Source of the DNA: Longimicrobiales bacterium
Lineage (GTDB): Bacteria; Gemmatimonadota; Gemmatimonadetes; Longimicrobiales; Gaopeijiaceae
Assembly (NCBI GenBank): GCA_041690395.1
Contig: JAWLHJ010000002.1
Coordinates: 228,707-292,706, forward strand
Length of the DNA stretch: 64,000 nt
Direction of reading: 5' to 3'
The notes below the pieces were generated by a model. That model saw only the letters and a program-made list of their open reading frames with translations. It did no database searches and was not told the DNA's origin. Positions 1 to 12,201 of the stretch are shown here, in pieces; positions within the stretch are counted from its first letter, which is position 1; the number at the start of each line of letters is the position of its first letter. The position numbers were made by a program, and so were the translations under genes.

Positions 1-40
1 GCCGCGGCGGGAAGCTTCCCGCCGCGGCTCTTGGCTTTTC
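1..40 (+). terminator. Probable intrinsic terminator of an upstream gene
   Basis: Perfect 28-bp palindrome GCCGCGGCGGGAAG/CTTCCCGCCGCGGC (1-28) followed by TCTTGGCTTTT. Confidence 0.6.
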
Positions 41-77
41 CGTGGGAACCACTCGTAGGAACCGCTCGTCGGCATTC

Positions 78-106
78 TTGATATTCGGTATTTGTTCGGG
101 TATCAT
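78..106 (+). promoter_or_regulatory. Sigma70-like promoter, probably leaderless, with a direct-repeat operator in the spacer
   Basis: TTGATA (78-83), 17-bp spacer, TATCAT (101-106); ATG at 113 with no obvious RBS; spacer carries TTCGG-N6-TTCGG (ATTC-N7-GTTC). Confidence 0.55.
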
Positions 107-112
107 TCCGGC

Positions 113-1189
113 ATGGACGATGCCGCCCCCACGCCCCTGCCGATGATCCGCGGCCGCGCGGTCGGCTGGAATCCCCCGAACCGGTTCGAGCGGCTCCACG
201 TCGCTCGTGACCGGTGGGACGACCCCGACGACCCGCCGCCCAGTACGGTCCTCCTGAAGGACGCCACCCGGTCGATCCTGTCGTTCAACGACTCCCCGGA
301 CGTGGGGTTCGACGTAGGGATCAATCCATACCGTGGCTGCGAGCACGCGTGCGCGTACTGCTACGCGAGGCCGACACACGAGTATCTGGGATATTCCGCG
401 GGGTTGGACTTCGAGACCCGCATCCTGGTCAAGGAGCGGGCTCCGGACCTCCTGAGGGCAGCCCTCTCATCGCGCTCCTGGACACCCCGGACGATCGCCC
501 TCAGCGGGAACACGGACTGCTACCAGCCCGCCGAGCGGCGCCTCCGTATCACGCGTCGGTGCCTCGAGGTGCTCGCCGAATTCCGGAATCCGGTCGGCGT
601 GATCACGAAGAGCTATCTGGTGAGTCGGGACGTGGATCTGCTCGGCGAGCTGGCCCGGCACGGAGCCGCGGCGGTGGTCCTGTCGGTGACCACCCTCGAT
701 CCGGGGCTCCAGCGCTCCCTGGAGCCGAGAGCCTCAACGCCGGAGCGGCGTCTCGGTGCCATCCGCGTGCTGGCCGACGCGGGCATCCCGGTCGGCGTCA
801 ACGTGGCGCCGGTCATCCCGGGGCTGACCGACCACGAGATCCCGTCGATCCTCGAAGCCGCGGTGGACGCGGGCGCGTCGTTCGCGGGCATGATCATGCT
901 ACGGCTGCCGCACGGCGTGAAGGAGATCTTCGAGGGGTGGTTGAGGCAGCATGTGCCCGATCGGGCGGACAAGGTGCTGAACCGGTTGCGGGAGCTCAAC
1001 GGAGGCGCGTTGTACGACGCGCGGTTCGGCCTCAGGGGGCGAGGCGAGGGCCCATGGGCCGATCAGCTCCGCGCGGTGTTCCGGGTGCAAAGAGATCGAC
1101 TGTCACTCGATCGGCCGCCCACGCTTTCCGTGAGCTCGTTTCGCCGCCCGGCCGACCCGGAGGCCATGCAAACCGACCTGTTCATCTGA
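113..1189 (+). CDS. PA0069/Rv2578c-family radical SAM protein (SplB-like, DNA-repair associated)
   Basis: INPYRGCEHACAYCYAR (CxxxCxxC), GLDFET, NTDCYQPAE, LEPRAS, LRLPH motifs; C-terminal QTDLF; start moved to ATG 113. Confidence 0.9.
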   Translation: MDDAAPTPLPMIRGRAVGWNPPNRFERLHVARDRWDDPDDPPPSTVLLKDATRSILSFNDSPDVGFDVGINPYRGCEHACAYCYARPTHEYLGYSAGLDFETRILVKERAPDLLRAALSSRSWTPRTIALSGNTDCYQPAERRLRITRRCLEVLAEFRNPVGVITKSYLVSRDVDLLGELARHGAAAVVLSVTTLDPGLQRSLEPRASTPERRLGAIRVLADAGIPVGVNVAPVIPGLTDHEIPSILEAAVDAGASFAGMIMLRLPHGVKEIFEGWLRQHVPDRADKVLNRLRELNGGALYDARFGLRGRGEGPWADQLRAVFRVQRDRLSLDRPPTLSVSSFRRPADPEAMQTDLFI

Positions 1190-1258
1190 GCTCCAGGGGC
1201 GAATGGGCCGCTCTGGAGCTGGAATGCTTCCGGGGCCCGACCGTGGGGCCCCGGAAGC

Positions 1259-1498
1259 TCACCCGAAGGAGAGGGACTCGAGAACCCCGAGTGCCTGCGG
1301 CTCCATCATGTTATTGCTCATGGGCTCGCCGTCGATCTGCTCGACCGCGAAGTCCAGGTCGCCCATCTCGTCGGCAGCCTGCTCGCCGGGAGCGACAAGC
1401 GCCAGCAACCCCACCAGCGCCGGTACTCCGACCAACGGCGCGCCGACCACGGCCCACCAGGGTATCCCTCTATTCTTGTCGATATGTGCGTGAATCAT
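1259..1498 (-). CDS. Small single-pass membrane protein, hypothetical (79 aa)
   Basis: ATG 1498 preceded by GAGGTG; hydrophobic segment WWAVVGAPLVGVPALVGLLALVA then an acidic tail. Confidence 0.55.
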   Translation of the reverse strand: MIHAHIDKNRGIPWWAVVGAPLVGVPALVGLLALVAPGEQAADEMGDLDFAVEQIDGEPMSNNMMEPQALGVLESLSFG

Positions 1499-1668
1499 GC
1501 TCCACCTCGTCCCTTCATCGTATCGGAGGGGCCGTTCTTCCCCTCCACGCTCATCCCTTCGTGGAAAGACCGGAGAAAGTTTCATCCGGGGTCATCCAAC
1601 GATCCACACTCAAAAGATGAGACGGCCGGAACGGCGGAAGCGTTGCACGGGCCCGGGCCCCGGCTCCC

Positions 1669-2940
1669 TCAGGAGCGTACCTGCCCGTCGCCGAAGACCA
1701 CGAACTTGCGCGTCGTGAGCTCCCGGGCGCCCATCGGCCCGTAGGCATGGAGCTTCGACGTCGAGATGCCGATCTCGGCGCCGAGCCCGAGCTCGCCGCC
1801 GTCCGCGAACCGGGTGCTCGCGTTCACGAGCACGGTCGAGGACTGCACGGCGCCGACGAACCGGCGTGCCTCCTCCGCATCGTCCGTGACGATCGCCTCG
1901 GTATGGCCGGACGCGTACGTGTCGATATGGGCCAGGCCCTCGTCGAGATCGCCGACGACACGCACGGCCAGGATCAGGTCCAGGTACTCCTCCCTCCAGT
2001 CGGCTTCGGTCGCGGGGACGACGTCCAGGTCGGGGAGGAGCTCGATGGTCCGGGGGCATCCGCGCAGCTCGACCCCGGCCTCGGCCAGGCGCCGCGCGAT
2101 TCCGGGAAGGACCCGGGGCGCGGCATCCGCGTGCACGAGAAGCGTCTCCAGCGCGTTGCACACGCCCGGGCGCTGCACCTTCGCGTTGAAGACGATCTCG
2201 CTCGCCCGCTCCAGGGGCGCGGTGGCGTCGACGAAGACATGGCAGACGCCTTTGTAGTGCTGAAGCACGGGAATGCGGCTCTTCTCGGTGACCGCCCGGA
2301 TGAGGCTCTCCCCGCCGCGTGGGATGACGAGGTCCACGGTCTCCTCCTGCCGGAGAAGCACGTCGACGGCTGATCGGTCGGTGGTCGGCACGAGTTGCAC
2401 GGCGTCGACCGGAACCGGCGTACGAGCGATCCCCGCCCTCACGGCCTCGGCGATCGCCCGGTTCGAGTGCACGGCCTCCGAGCCACCACGCAGGATCACG
2501 GCGTTCCCGGACCGGAGGCAGAGGGCCGCCGCATCCGCAGTGACGTTCGGGCGGCTCTCGTAGATCATCGCGACGACCCCGATGGGGATCCGCATGCGCG
2601 CGACCCGCAGGCCGTTCGGACGGACATGCTCGTCCTCGAGCGCGCCCAGCGGGTCGTCCTGCGCCGCGACTTCGCGAACGGCGGCCGCGAGCTTGGCGAC
2701 GCCGGCCTCATCGAGCCGCAACCGGTCGCGCATCGGGCCGGTCACGCCGCGCGCGTCGGCGGCCTCCAGGTCACGACGATTGGCCGCCAGGATCTCCGGC
2801 GCCTGGTCCTCGATGGCTGCGGCCACCTCGACCAACGCGGCGGTGCGGTCGGCGGCCGGGAGGCGCGCCAGGGCCCTCGAAGCATGCCGGGCGCGCTTCG
2901 CGAGCGCGACGATGTCCCTGGTGAGCCCGTCGTCGGTCAT
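1669..2940 (-). CDS. proA: Glutamate-5-semialdehyde dehydrogenase
   Basis: IYESRPNVT, GNAVILRGGSEA, IPRGG, VCNALETLLV, NASTRFADG, GAEIGISTSKLHAYGPMG. Confidence 0.97.
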   Translation of the reverse strand: MTDDGLTRDIVALAKRARHASRALARLPAADRTAALVEVAAAIEDQAPEILAANRRDLEAADARGVTGPMRDRLRLDEAGVAKLAAAVREVAAQDDPLGALEDEHVRPNGLRVARMRIPIGVVAMIYESRPNVTADAAALCLRSGNAVILRGGSEAVHSNRAIAEAVRAGIARTPVPVDAVQLVPTTDRSAVDVLLRQEETVDLVIPRGGESLIRAVTEKSRIPVLQHYKGVCHVFVDATAPLERASEIVFNAKVQRPGVCNALETLLVHADAAPRVLPGIARRLAEAGVELRGCPRTIELLPDLDVVPATEADWREEYLDLILAVRVVGDLDEGLAHIDTYASGHTEAIVTDDAEEARRFVGAVQSSTVLVNASTRFADGGELGLGAEIGISTSKLHAYGPMGARELTTRKFVVFGDGQVRS

Positions 2941-4103
2941 GCGTCCCCCTCCTCGCCCGCCAGCACGATCTGTTCGGTGCGCATCACGACCTGGCTCCGG
3001 TCGCGCCCCAACTCCTCCTTGGCCTCCATCGTGTGCAGCCCCCGGATCTTGTCCACGTCCCTGTCGTCGAGGCTCACGATGCCCCGCGCCTGCTCCACGC
3101 CGTCGGGGTCGACGACCGCGACGAGGTCTCCCTTACGGAAGCGGCCCCGTATCTCCAGGATCCCGCTCGGCAGGAGGTTGGCCCGGCGCCGGAGCGCGGC
3201 GACGGCACCCTCGTCGACGACGATCGAGCCGCCGAGCCTACGTTGGACCGCCATCCAGTGACGCCTCGCTCCGAGGGGCCGGTCGGAAGCCGCGATGTAG
3301 GTCCCGGCGCGGCCACCGGCTACGATGTCCGCCAGCGCCTCGAGGTCCGTTCCGGACGCGATCACGGTCGGAATCCCGTAGCGTCCGGCGCGCTCGGCCG
3401 CCTCCAGCTTGGTCTGCATGCCGCCGGTCGACTCCCGGGCCTTCTTGGCGAAGCAGAAGGCCCGCAGCTCCTCCGCGCTCCCTGCCTCGCGGATGACCTC
3501 GACAGGCTCCTCGCCGTCCGGGTCCCCGTCGTACACACCGGGCACGTCGGTCAGCAGCGCGAGCACGTCGGCGTCCACGAGCGCGGCCGCGGCAGCGGCC
3601 AGGTTGTCGTTGTCGCCCACCAGGATCTCCTCGACGCTCACGGTGTCGTTCTCGTTGACGATCGGCACGACGCCGGCGTCCAGTAGCGTGCCGAGAGCCC
3701 TCCGCGCCGCAACGTATCGGCGCCGGTCGTTCAGGCAGTCGTTGGTGAGCAGTACCTGGGCGACCTCGCGGCCGACCTCGCGGAACGCTTCGGCCCAGAG
3801 CGCCATGAGCCGCGTCTGACCGACGGCGGCAGCCGCCTGACGGTCGCGGATCCGCTTCGGTGGCGACTCGTGACCGAGCACGCGGAAGCCGGCGGCCACC
3901 GCGCCGCTGGACACGATCACGACCTGGGTGTCGGGGGCGTCGGCGACGACGCGCGCGACGGCCCGCATGCGCTCCGGGTTCAGAACCGTCGTGCCGTCCG
4001 TGAGGAGCCGGCTGCCGAACTTGAGCACGATGCGAGCGGGGGGCAGCCCGGACGACCGGCCGCCGTCGTCCGGCGACGGATCCTGGAATGAAGTCTCGTT
4101 CAT
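2937..4103 (-). CDS. proB: Glutamate 5-kinase with C-terminal PUA domain
   Basis: VLKFGS, VSSGAVAAG, AAAAVGQ, IVNENDTV, GDNDNLAA, TGGMQTKL; 4-bp overlap with proA; start uncertain. Confidence 0.96.
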   Translation of the reverse strand: MNETSFQDPSPDDGGRSSGLPPARIVLKFGSRLLTDGTTVLNPERMRAVARVVADAPDTQVVIVSSGAVAAGFRVLGHESPPKRIRDRQAAAAVGQTRLMALWAEAFREVGREVAQVLLTNDCLNDRRRYVAARRALGTLLDAGVVPIVNENDTVSVEEILVGDNDNLAAAAAALVDADVLALLTDVPGVYDGDPDGEEPVEVIREAGSAEELRAFCFAKKARESTGGMQTKLEAAERAGRYGIPTVIASGTDLEALADIVAGGRAGTYIAASDRPLGARRHWMAVQRRLGGSIVVDEGAVAALRRRANLLPSGILEIRGRFRKGDLVAVVDPDGVEQARGIVSLDDRDVDKIRGLHTMEAKEELGRDRSQVVMRTEQIVLAGEEGDA

Positions 4104-4275
4104 CGGGAATGCATACACAGGATGGGGATGCGCATCCAGCGTAGACCGCTCGCGCTCACGGCCCGCTCGCACCATCTTGTGGCCGTCCGCCGACCGATCC
4201 ACGACCCCGAGGACCCCTCATGCCGCCCCGTCGGCTCCATACCACCCGTCATCTCCTGGACCGGGAGCCCCGTCC

Positions 4276-5196
4276 GTGAGCCTTCCGCTCGTCGTCATGG
4301 CGGCCGGCCTGTCCCGTCGGTTCGGCCGGCTCAAGCAGCTCCAGCCCGTCGGCCCCGGCGGCGAGGCCGTGCTCGACTACAACGTCTTCGACGCGGTCCG
4401 TGCCGGCTTCTCGCGGGTCGTCTTCATCGTCCGTCCGGAGATCCTCGACGCGATCCAGTCGCACGTGGCGAGCATCATCGGGGACCGGTTGCCCGTGGAA
4501 TTCGTCTGCCAGGAGCTCCACCAGCTGCCCGACGGATTCCGTCCTCCGCCCGATCGGCTCAAGCCCTGGGGCACCGGGCAGGCCGTGATCGAAGCTGCCC
4601 GACACATCGACGGGCCGTTCGCGGTGTGCAACTCCGACGACCTCTATGGGCCGGGTGCCTTCGAGATCCTGTACCATCACATGGCCGGCGCTCCGGCCGG
4701 CGGCTCGTCGGCGTTGGTCGGCTACCGGCTCGGTGACACCCTGGCGGGATCGGGCGAGGTCGCGCGCGGCGTGTGCGTGCTCAAGCGGGACAGCCTGCTC
4801 GAAGGGATCACCGAGGTCCGCCAGGTGCGTCGGCGCGACGGATGGGTCACGGGCGTCGAGGTCGATGGCCGACCCGTCGAGCTCACCGGAAACGAGACCG
4901 TGTCCATGAACCTGTGGGGGCTGATGCCCGAAGTGGTCGTGCGGCTCCGACGTCAGTTCGTGCGCTTTCTGGAGTACTGGGGGAGCGACACGCAGCACGA
5001 GTTCTTCCTCTCGACCGCGATCAGCAACCAGATCCGGCTCGGTCACACGGAGGTACAGGTCTACGGCGCCCTGGATCCGTGGTTCGGCATGACCCACACC
5101 GCCGACTTCGATCGCCTGCAGCGTGCGCTCGGCCAGCGGATCGGGGCCGGCGTGTACCCCCGGCGCCTCAGCGAGGGCTTCGCGGAGCGCGTGTAG
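4276..5196 (+). CDS. Sugar-phosphate nucleotidyltransferase (NTP_transferase family)
   Basis: LVVMAAGLSRRFGRLKQL, KPWGTG, NSDDLYG, VSMNLWG; GTG start at the domain boundary. Confidence 0.85.
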   Translation: MSLPLVVMAAGLSRRFGRLKQLQPVGPGGEAVLDYNVFDAVRAGFSRVVFIVRPEILDAIQSHVASIIGDRLPVEFVCQELHQLPDGFRPPPDRLKPWGTGQAVIEAARHIDGPFAVCNSDDLYGPGAFEILYHHMAGAPAGGSSALVGYRLGDTLAGSGEVARGVCVLKRDSLLEGITEVRQVRRRDGWVTGVEVDGRPVELTGNETVSMNLWGLMPEVVVRLRRQFVRFLEYWGSDTQHEFFLSTAISNQIRLGHTEVQVYGALDPWFGMTHTADFDRLQRALGQRIGAGVYPRRLSEGFAERV

Positions 5197-5202
5197 CAGC
5201 CT

Positions 5203-6966
5203 ATGAGGCTCACGAACCTCGACTGGACCGTCGTCGCCATCTACGCCGTGCTCGCCGTGGGCACGGGTCTGTACTACGCACGTCGGGCCGGTAGCGAGAC
5301 CGAGGAGTTCTTCCTCGGGGGTCGGTCGATGCCCTGGTGGCTCCTGGGCACGTCCATGGTGGCGACGACGTTCTCGACGGACACGCCCAACCTCGTGACC
5401 GATCTCGTCCGCACGGGCGGCGTCAGCCAGAACTGGCTGTGGTGGGCGTTCCTCCTCACCGGCATGCTCACGGTGTTCTTCTACGCGCGGCTCTGGAGGC
5501 GGTCGGAAGTGCTCACCGACCTCGGCTTCTACGAGCTGCGCTACTCCGGGAAGCCCGCGGCTTTCCTCCGCGGATTCCGGGCTGTCTACCTGGGCGTGTT
5601 CTTCAACGTCATGATCATGGCGACGGTAACCCTGGCCGCCATCAAGATCGGGGGCGTTCTCCTGGGGCTGTCCAAGTACGAGGTGGTCCTCATCGCCGGG
5701 ACGGCCACGGCGCTCTATTCCGCGACGTCGGGCCTCTGGGGCGTAGTGGTGACGGACCTTCTCCTCTTCGTCGTGGCCATGGCCGGCTCCCTGGCGGCGG
5801 CCTACTACGCCGTGGCCCAGCCCGAGGTGGGAGGGCTGGTGGGGCTTTTCAGTCACCCCGAGGTCTCGGGCCGGCTCTCCCTCCTGCCGGACTTCTCGGA
5901 CTGGAGGACGGCGGCGGCGGTGTTCATCGTGCCCGTCGCGGTCCAATGGTGGAGCACGTGGTACCCTGGTGCCGAGCCGGGCGGAGGCGGCTACGTCGCG
6001 CAGCGCATGCTCGCCGCCCGTAACGAGTCCCACGCCCTGAAGGCCACCCTCTGGTTCAACGTGGCCCACTACGCCCTTCGGCCCTGGCCGTGGATCATCG
6101 TCGCGCTGGCATCCATCATCGTGTACCCGACGCTCGGCTCCATCCAGACGGCTTTCCCCCACGTCGATCCGTCCATCGTGCGGAACGACCTGGCCTACCC
6201 CGCGATGCTCGTCTTCCTCCCGTCGGGGCTGCTGGGCCTGGTGGTCGCATCGCTGGCGGCCGCGTACATGTCCACCATCAGCACCCACCTGAACTGGGGG
6301 GCCTCGTACGTGGTGGACGACGTCTATCGGCGCTTCCTGGCGCCCGGGCGGACCGAGCGGCACTACGTGTGGATCGGGCGCGGCGCCACGGTGGGCCTCA
6401 TCATCCTGGCCAGCGCGGTGGGCCTCTGGCTGGAGAACGCCCTGCAGGCCTTCCAGATCCTGCTCCAGATCGGTGCCGGCACGGGCCTGGTGTTCATCCT
6501 CCGTTGGTTCTGGTGGCGTATCAACGCATGGAGCGAGCTGGCGGCGATGGTGGTGTCGTTCCTGGTGGCCGTCTACTTCCAGTTTGCCCACGGCGCGCTG
6601 GGCCTGCCGGCCATCGACCCCTCGCTCCAGCTCGTCATCGGCGTGGCGGTGACCACCGTGGGTTGGCTGGCGGTGACCTTCCTCACCCCGCCCGCGGACG
6701 ACGAGACCCTGAGGTCCTTCCACCGGAAGATCCGGCCCATGGGAGGCGGTTGGCGGGGCGCTGGGCTCGAGCCGGATCCCGACGCCGGGAGCCCGTCGGC
6801 GGCGTTCCTGGGCTGGTTCCTGGGGTGCGTGGTGGTATACGGCGCGCTGTTCGGAACGGGGTACGCCCTCTACGGGGATCCGGCGCCGGCCGCGGTGTGC
6901 CTGGGCGCGGCGGCGATCGCGGCGGTGGGGGTCATGCGGGTGTTGCCGAGGATCGACCTGCGGTGA
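5203..6966 (+). CDS. Sodium:solute symporter (SSS) family transporter
   Basis: FFLGGRSMPWW, SMVATTFSTDTP, GYVAQRMLAA, AAYMST; many TM helices; 6 bp downstream of the nucleotidyltransferase. Confidence 0.92.
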   Translation: MRLTNLDWTVVAIYAVLAVGTGLYYARRAGSETEEFFLGGRSMPWWLLGTSMVATTFSTDTPNLVTDLVRTGGVSQNWLWWAFLLTGMLTVFFYARLWRRSEVLTDLGFYELRYSGKPAAFLRGFRAVYLGVFFNVMIMATVTLAAIKIGGVLLGLSKYEVVLIAGTATALYSATSGLWGVVVTDLLLFVVAMAGSLAAAYYAVAQPEVGGLVGLFSHPEVSGRLSLLPDFSDWRTAAAVFIVPVAVQWWSTWYPGAEPGGGGYVAQRMLAARNESHALKATLWFNVAHYALRPWPWIIVALASIIVYPTLGSIQTAFPHVDPSIVRNDLAYPAMLVFLPSGLLGLVVASLAAAYMSTISTHLNWGASYVVDDVYRRFLAPGRTERHYVWIGRGATVGLIILASAVGLWLENALQAFQILLQIGAGTGLVFILRWFWWRINAWSELAAMVVSFLVAVYFQFAHGALGLPAIDPSLQLVIGVAVTTVGWLAVTFLTPPADDETLRSFHRKIRPMGGGWRGAGLEPDPDAGSPSAAFLGWFLGCVVVYGALFGTGYALYGDPAPAAVCLGAAAIAAVGVMRVLPRIDLR

Positions 6967-7023
6967 GGTCGTCGCTCGGTCACCACCCTTCCTGACGGGT
7001 GCTCCAGCCTGCCGGTCGGGACT

Positions 7024-7944
7024 TCACACCCGCAGCACCCTGCCGTGATTCGTGTGGTTCAAGTCGACGCCGGTCCAGCGTGAGATCGCGCTCAGAACAC
7101 GGTACTTGAGGCGCTCGTCCTTGTGGGTCTGGGTGCGGACCAGCCCCGGGGGATCCTCGTCCCGGAGGAGATGGGCCCAGTCCATGCGATCGATCCGCCC
7201 GCGCATGACGTCCGGATGCGTGCCCCGGAACCGTTCGAGACGTCCCAGTGGACCGTAGTCGAAGACCTCGGTCCGCCCGAACTCCGCCTGGACCTCCTCC
7301 GGGCTCTTCCGGTGCGACCAGAACTCCCGGACCTTCGCCTGCATGCGCTCGGGGTGACGTACCCAGCCGTAGTGGAAGATGCGCGCGTGGGCGGGCGCCA
7401 CCGTGATTCGCGTCTGGTCGGGGTAGCGAAACGACTGCGCATCGCGCACCGAGCGCACGCCGATCCCATTCCGGATCATGCGGATCTCACGCTGATACCA
7501 GCCGTGACCCGTCTGTAGATGGTCGTAGTCACCGAAGAAGTGCAGGTAGTCGAAGAGGAGCCCTTCCACGCGGCGGTCGGCCAGCAGCTCGTCGGCCCGG
7601 GCCCGGAGCGGACCGTGATCGTCCTCGTGCATGGCCTCGTCGGCCTGGATGTAGAGGCACCAGTCCCCGTCGCAACGGTCGAGAGCGATGTTCGTGAGGT
7701 CGGCGTAGATCTCCTGGCGACGGGCGTCGTCCCAGACGGCGTCGACGATCTCCACCCGCGGGTCGTCCAACGCCTCGACCACCGCTTGGGTCCCGTCGTC
7801 GCGCTCGCCCGGTGCGCGCGCCACGGCGACGACCAGTTGGTCGACGACGGGCAGGATCGAGCGGAGGGACTCCTCGAGGGGATAGTCGAGGGAGACGGCG
7901 TTCCTGACGAAGGAGAAGCCGGAGATGCGGGCGCGAGGGGTCAC
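7024..7944 (-). CDS. Glycosyltransferase family 2-like protein
   Basis: ISGFSFVRNA, ESLRSILPVVD, DDGT, WCLYIQADE (DxD-like), IFHYGWVR. Confidence 0.8.
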   Translation of the reverse strand: MTPRARISGFSFVRNAVSLDYPLEESLRSILPVVDQLVVAVARAPGERDDGTQAVVEALDDPRVEIVDAVWDDARRQEIYADLTNIALDRCDGDWCLYIQADEAMHEDDHGPLRARADELLADRRVEGLLFDYLHFFGDYDHLQTGHGWYQREIRMIRNGIGVRSVRDAQSFRYPDQTRITVAPAHARIFHYGWVRHPERMQAKVREFWSHRKSPEEVQAEFGRTEVFDYGPLGRLERFRGTHPDVMRGRIDRMDWAHLLRDEDPPGLVRTQTHKDERLKYRVLSAISRWTGVDLNHTNHGRVLRV

Positions 7945-7960
7945 GAGGTGACCCCGAGCG

Positions 7961-8242
7961 TCAGTCCTCCAGAAGCGGAGGGCTGTGCGTGTCCTTCACG
8001 CCCAGCGCGACCCCCGTGCCCACTCCGGCTCCGAGGGCGATGGCCGTCCCGGCCCCCACGAGCGGAAGCAGGGCGACGAAGGGCGCGGCGACCAGCGTCG
8101 CCCCCACGCCGGCCCAGAGCCCCAGGGCGGGCTTCTCCACCAGCGAGGTGTAGCGCAGTCGCTTGCCGACGAACTGGCGCGACTTGATATGGCCGCCGAC
8201 GGCGGCGGCCCCGGCTATGGCCAGAGCGAGTAACTCGAACAT
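7961..8242 (-). CDS. Small hydrophobic membrane protein, hypothetical
   Basis: GGGAGG RBS before the ATG; 2-3 hydrophobic Gly/Ala-rich segments. Confidence 0.7.
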   Translation of the reverse strand: MFELLALAIAGAAAVGGHIKSRQFVGKRLRYTSLVEKPALGLWAGVGATLVAAPFVALLPLVGAGTAIALGAGVGTGVALGVKDTHSPPLLED

Positions 8243-8314
8243 GCGATTCCTCCCGAATCTCGGGATGCGGGGACGCCGCTCGGGCGCCCTCCCCGTTCAT
8301 CCTCACATTCATTC

Positions 8315-9248
8315 CTACGAGACCGAGGGGTCCGAAGTTGCGACGAGGAGCTCGTCGGCCGACTCGGCGAGGGCGCTGAGGAGGTCCGCGGTGAGGCTCG
8401 CGCGCTCGGCGCTCCAGCCGGCGCCGACTCCGAGACGGTCCGCCCTGGACTGGTGGGCAGAGGCCTGCCGCTCGGCCTCGTCGGCGATCCCGGCCAACAC
8501 CGCGGACGCCTCCTGACCGAGCAGATGCTCGAGGGCGTAGCGTCGCTCGCCGGCCCGAAGCCCGATCTCCAGCTCGGCGGCGATGCGTGCGAGATCGGCA
8601 CGGGTCAGGATCAGGCCCGACACGGCCGGCGCGAGGAGTCCACCCAGGAAGGGTCCGGCACCCTCCGTTCGCGGATCCGCGAGCGGGGGATGCGCCTGGA
8701 GCGCCGCTGGGACGCGATCCAGGCGGCCGCCCGGCTCCACCTCACGGACGAGGGTCACAGTCAGCAACTCGGCCCAGTCCGAGTGGAACGCTCCGCCGAG
8801 CTCGCGGACGCGCTCGAGGAACCCGAACACCCAGGGCGCAAGATGCTCCTCCAGGAGGGCACGGCGGCTACGGGCGACGAGCTCGGCGCGAGCCGAGGTG
8901 TCCGACCCGCCGGCGTCCCGGACCTCCCTCTCCTCGTCCATCAACGCCGCGTACAGCCCGAGCAGTGAAGCCAGGTGGTCCGGGTCCTTCGGCACCTCGC
9001 GCCCGACGGCCCGCCAGAACCCCTCCACCCGCCGGAGCGCCTCCCCACCCAGCATCCCCTCGGAGCCGAGATAGACCGACGCCCACGGATAGAGCTGGAA
9101 GCCGAAGAGCGCCTCGTGCCCTGCCCGGTCGGGCGGATCGGGGAGATCCAGCGCCGACGCCAGGGGCGCGTGGGCGGGCCCGGGCGGCTCGGCCAGGTGG
9201 GCCAGGGCTCTCAGCAGCTCCGCCGAGGCCCGGTCCGGTGCGTCTCCC

Positions 9249-9256
<8 letters not shown>
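8315..9256 (-). CDS. TorD/DmsD-family molybdoenzyme maturation chaperone
   Basis: PWASVYL, DPDHLASLL, LLEEHLAPW motifs; overlaps the end of the molybdoenzyme gene. Confidence 0.85.
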
Positions 9257-12173
<2,917 letters not shown>

Positions 12174-12201
12174 AACCGCACCTTCATTGGATGGGGGTGC
12201 A

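Noticed and set aside
4105..4140. TGCAT motif near the proB start as an ARG box
   Set aside because: Only a half-site, with no palindromic partner at the expected spacing
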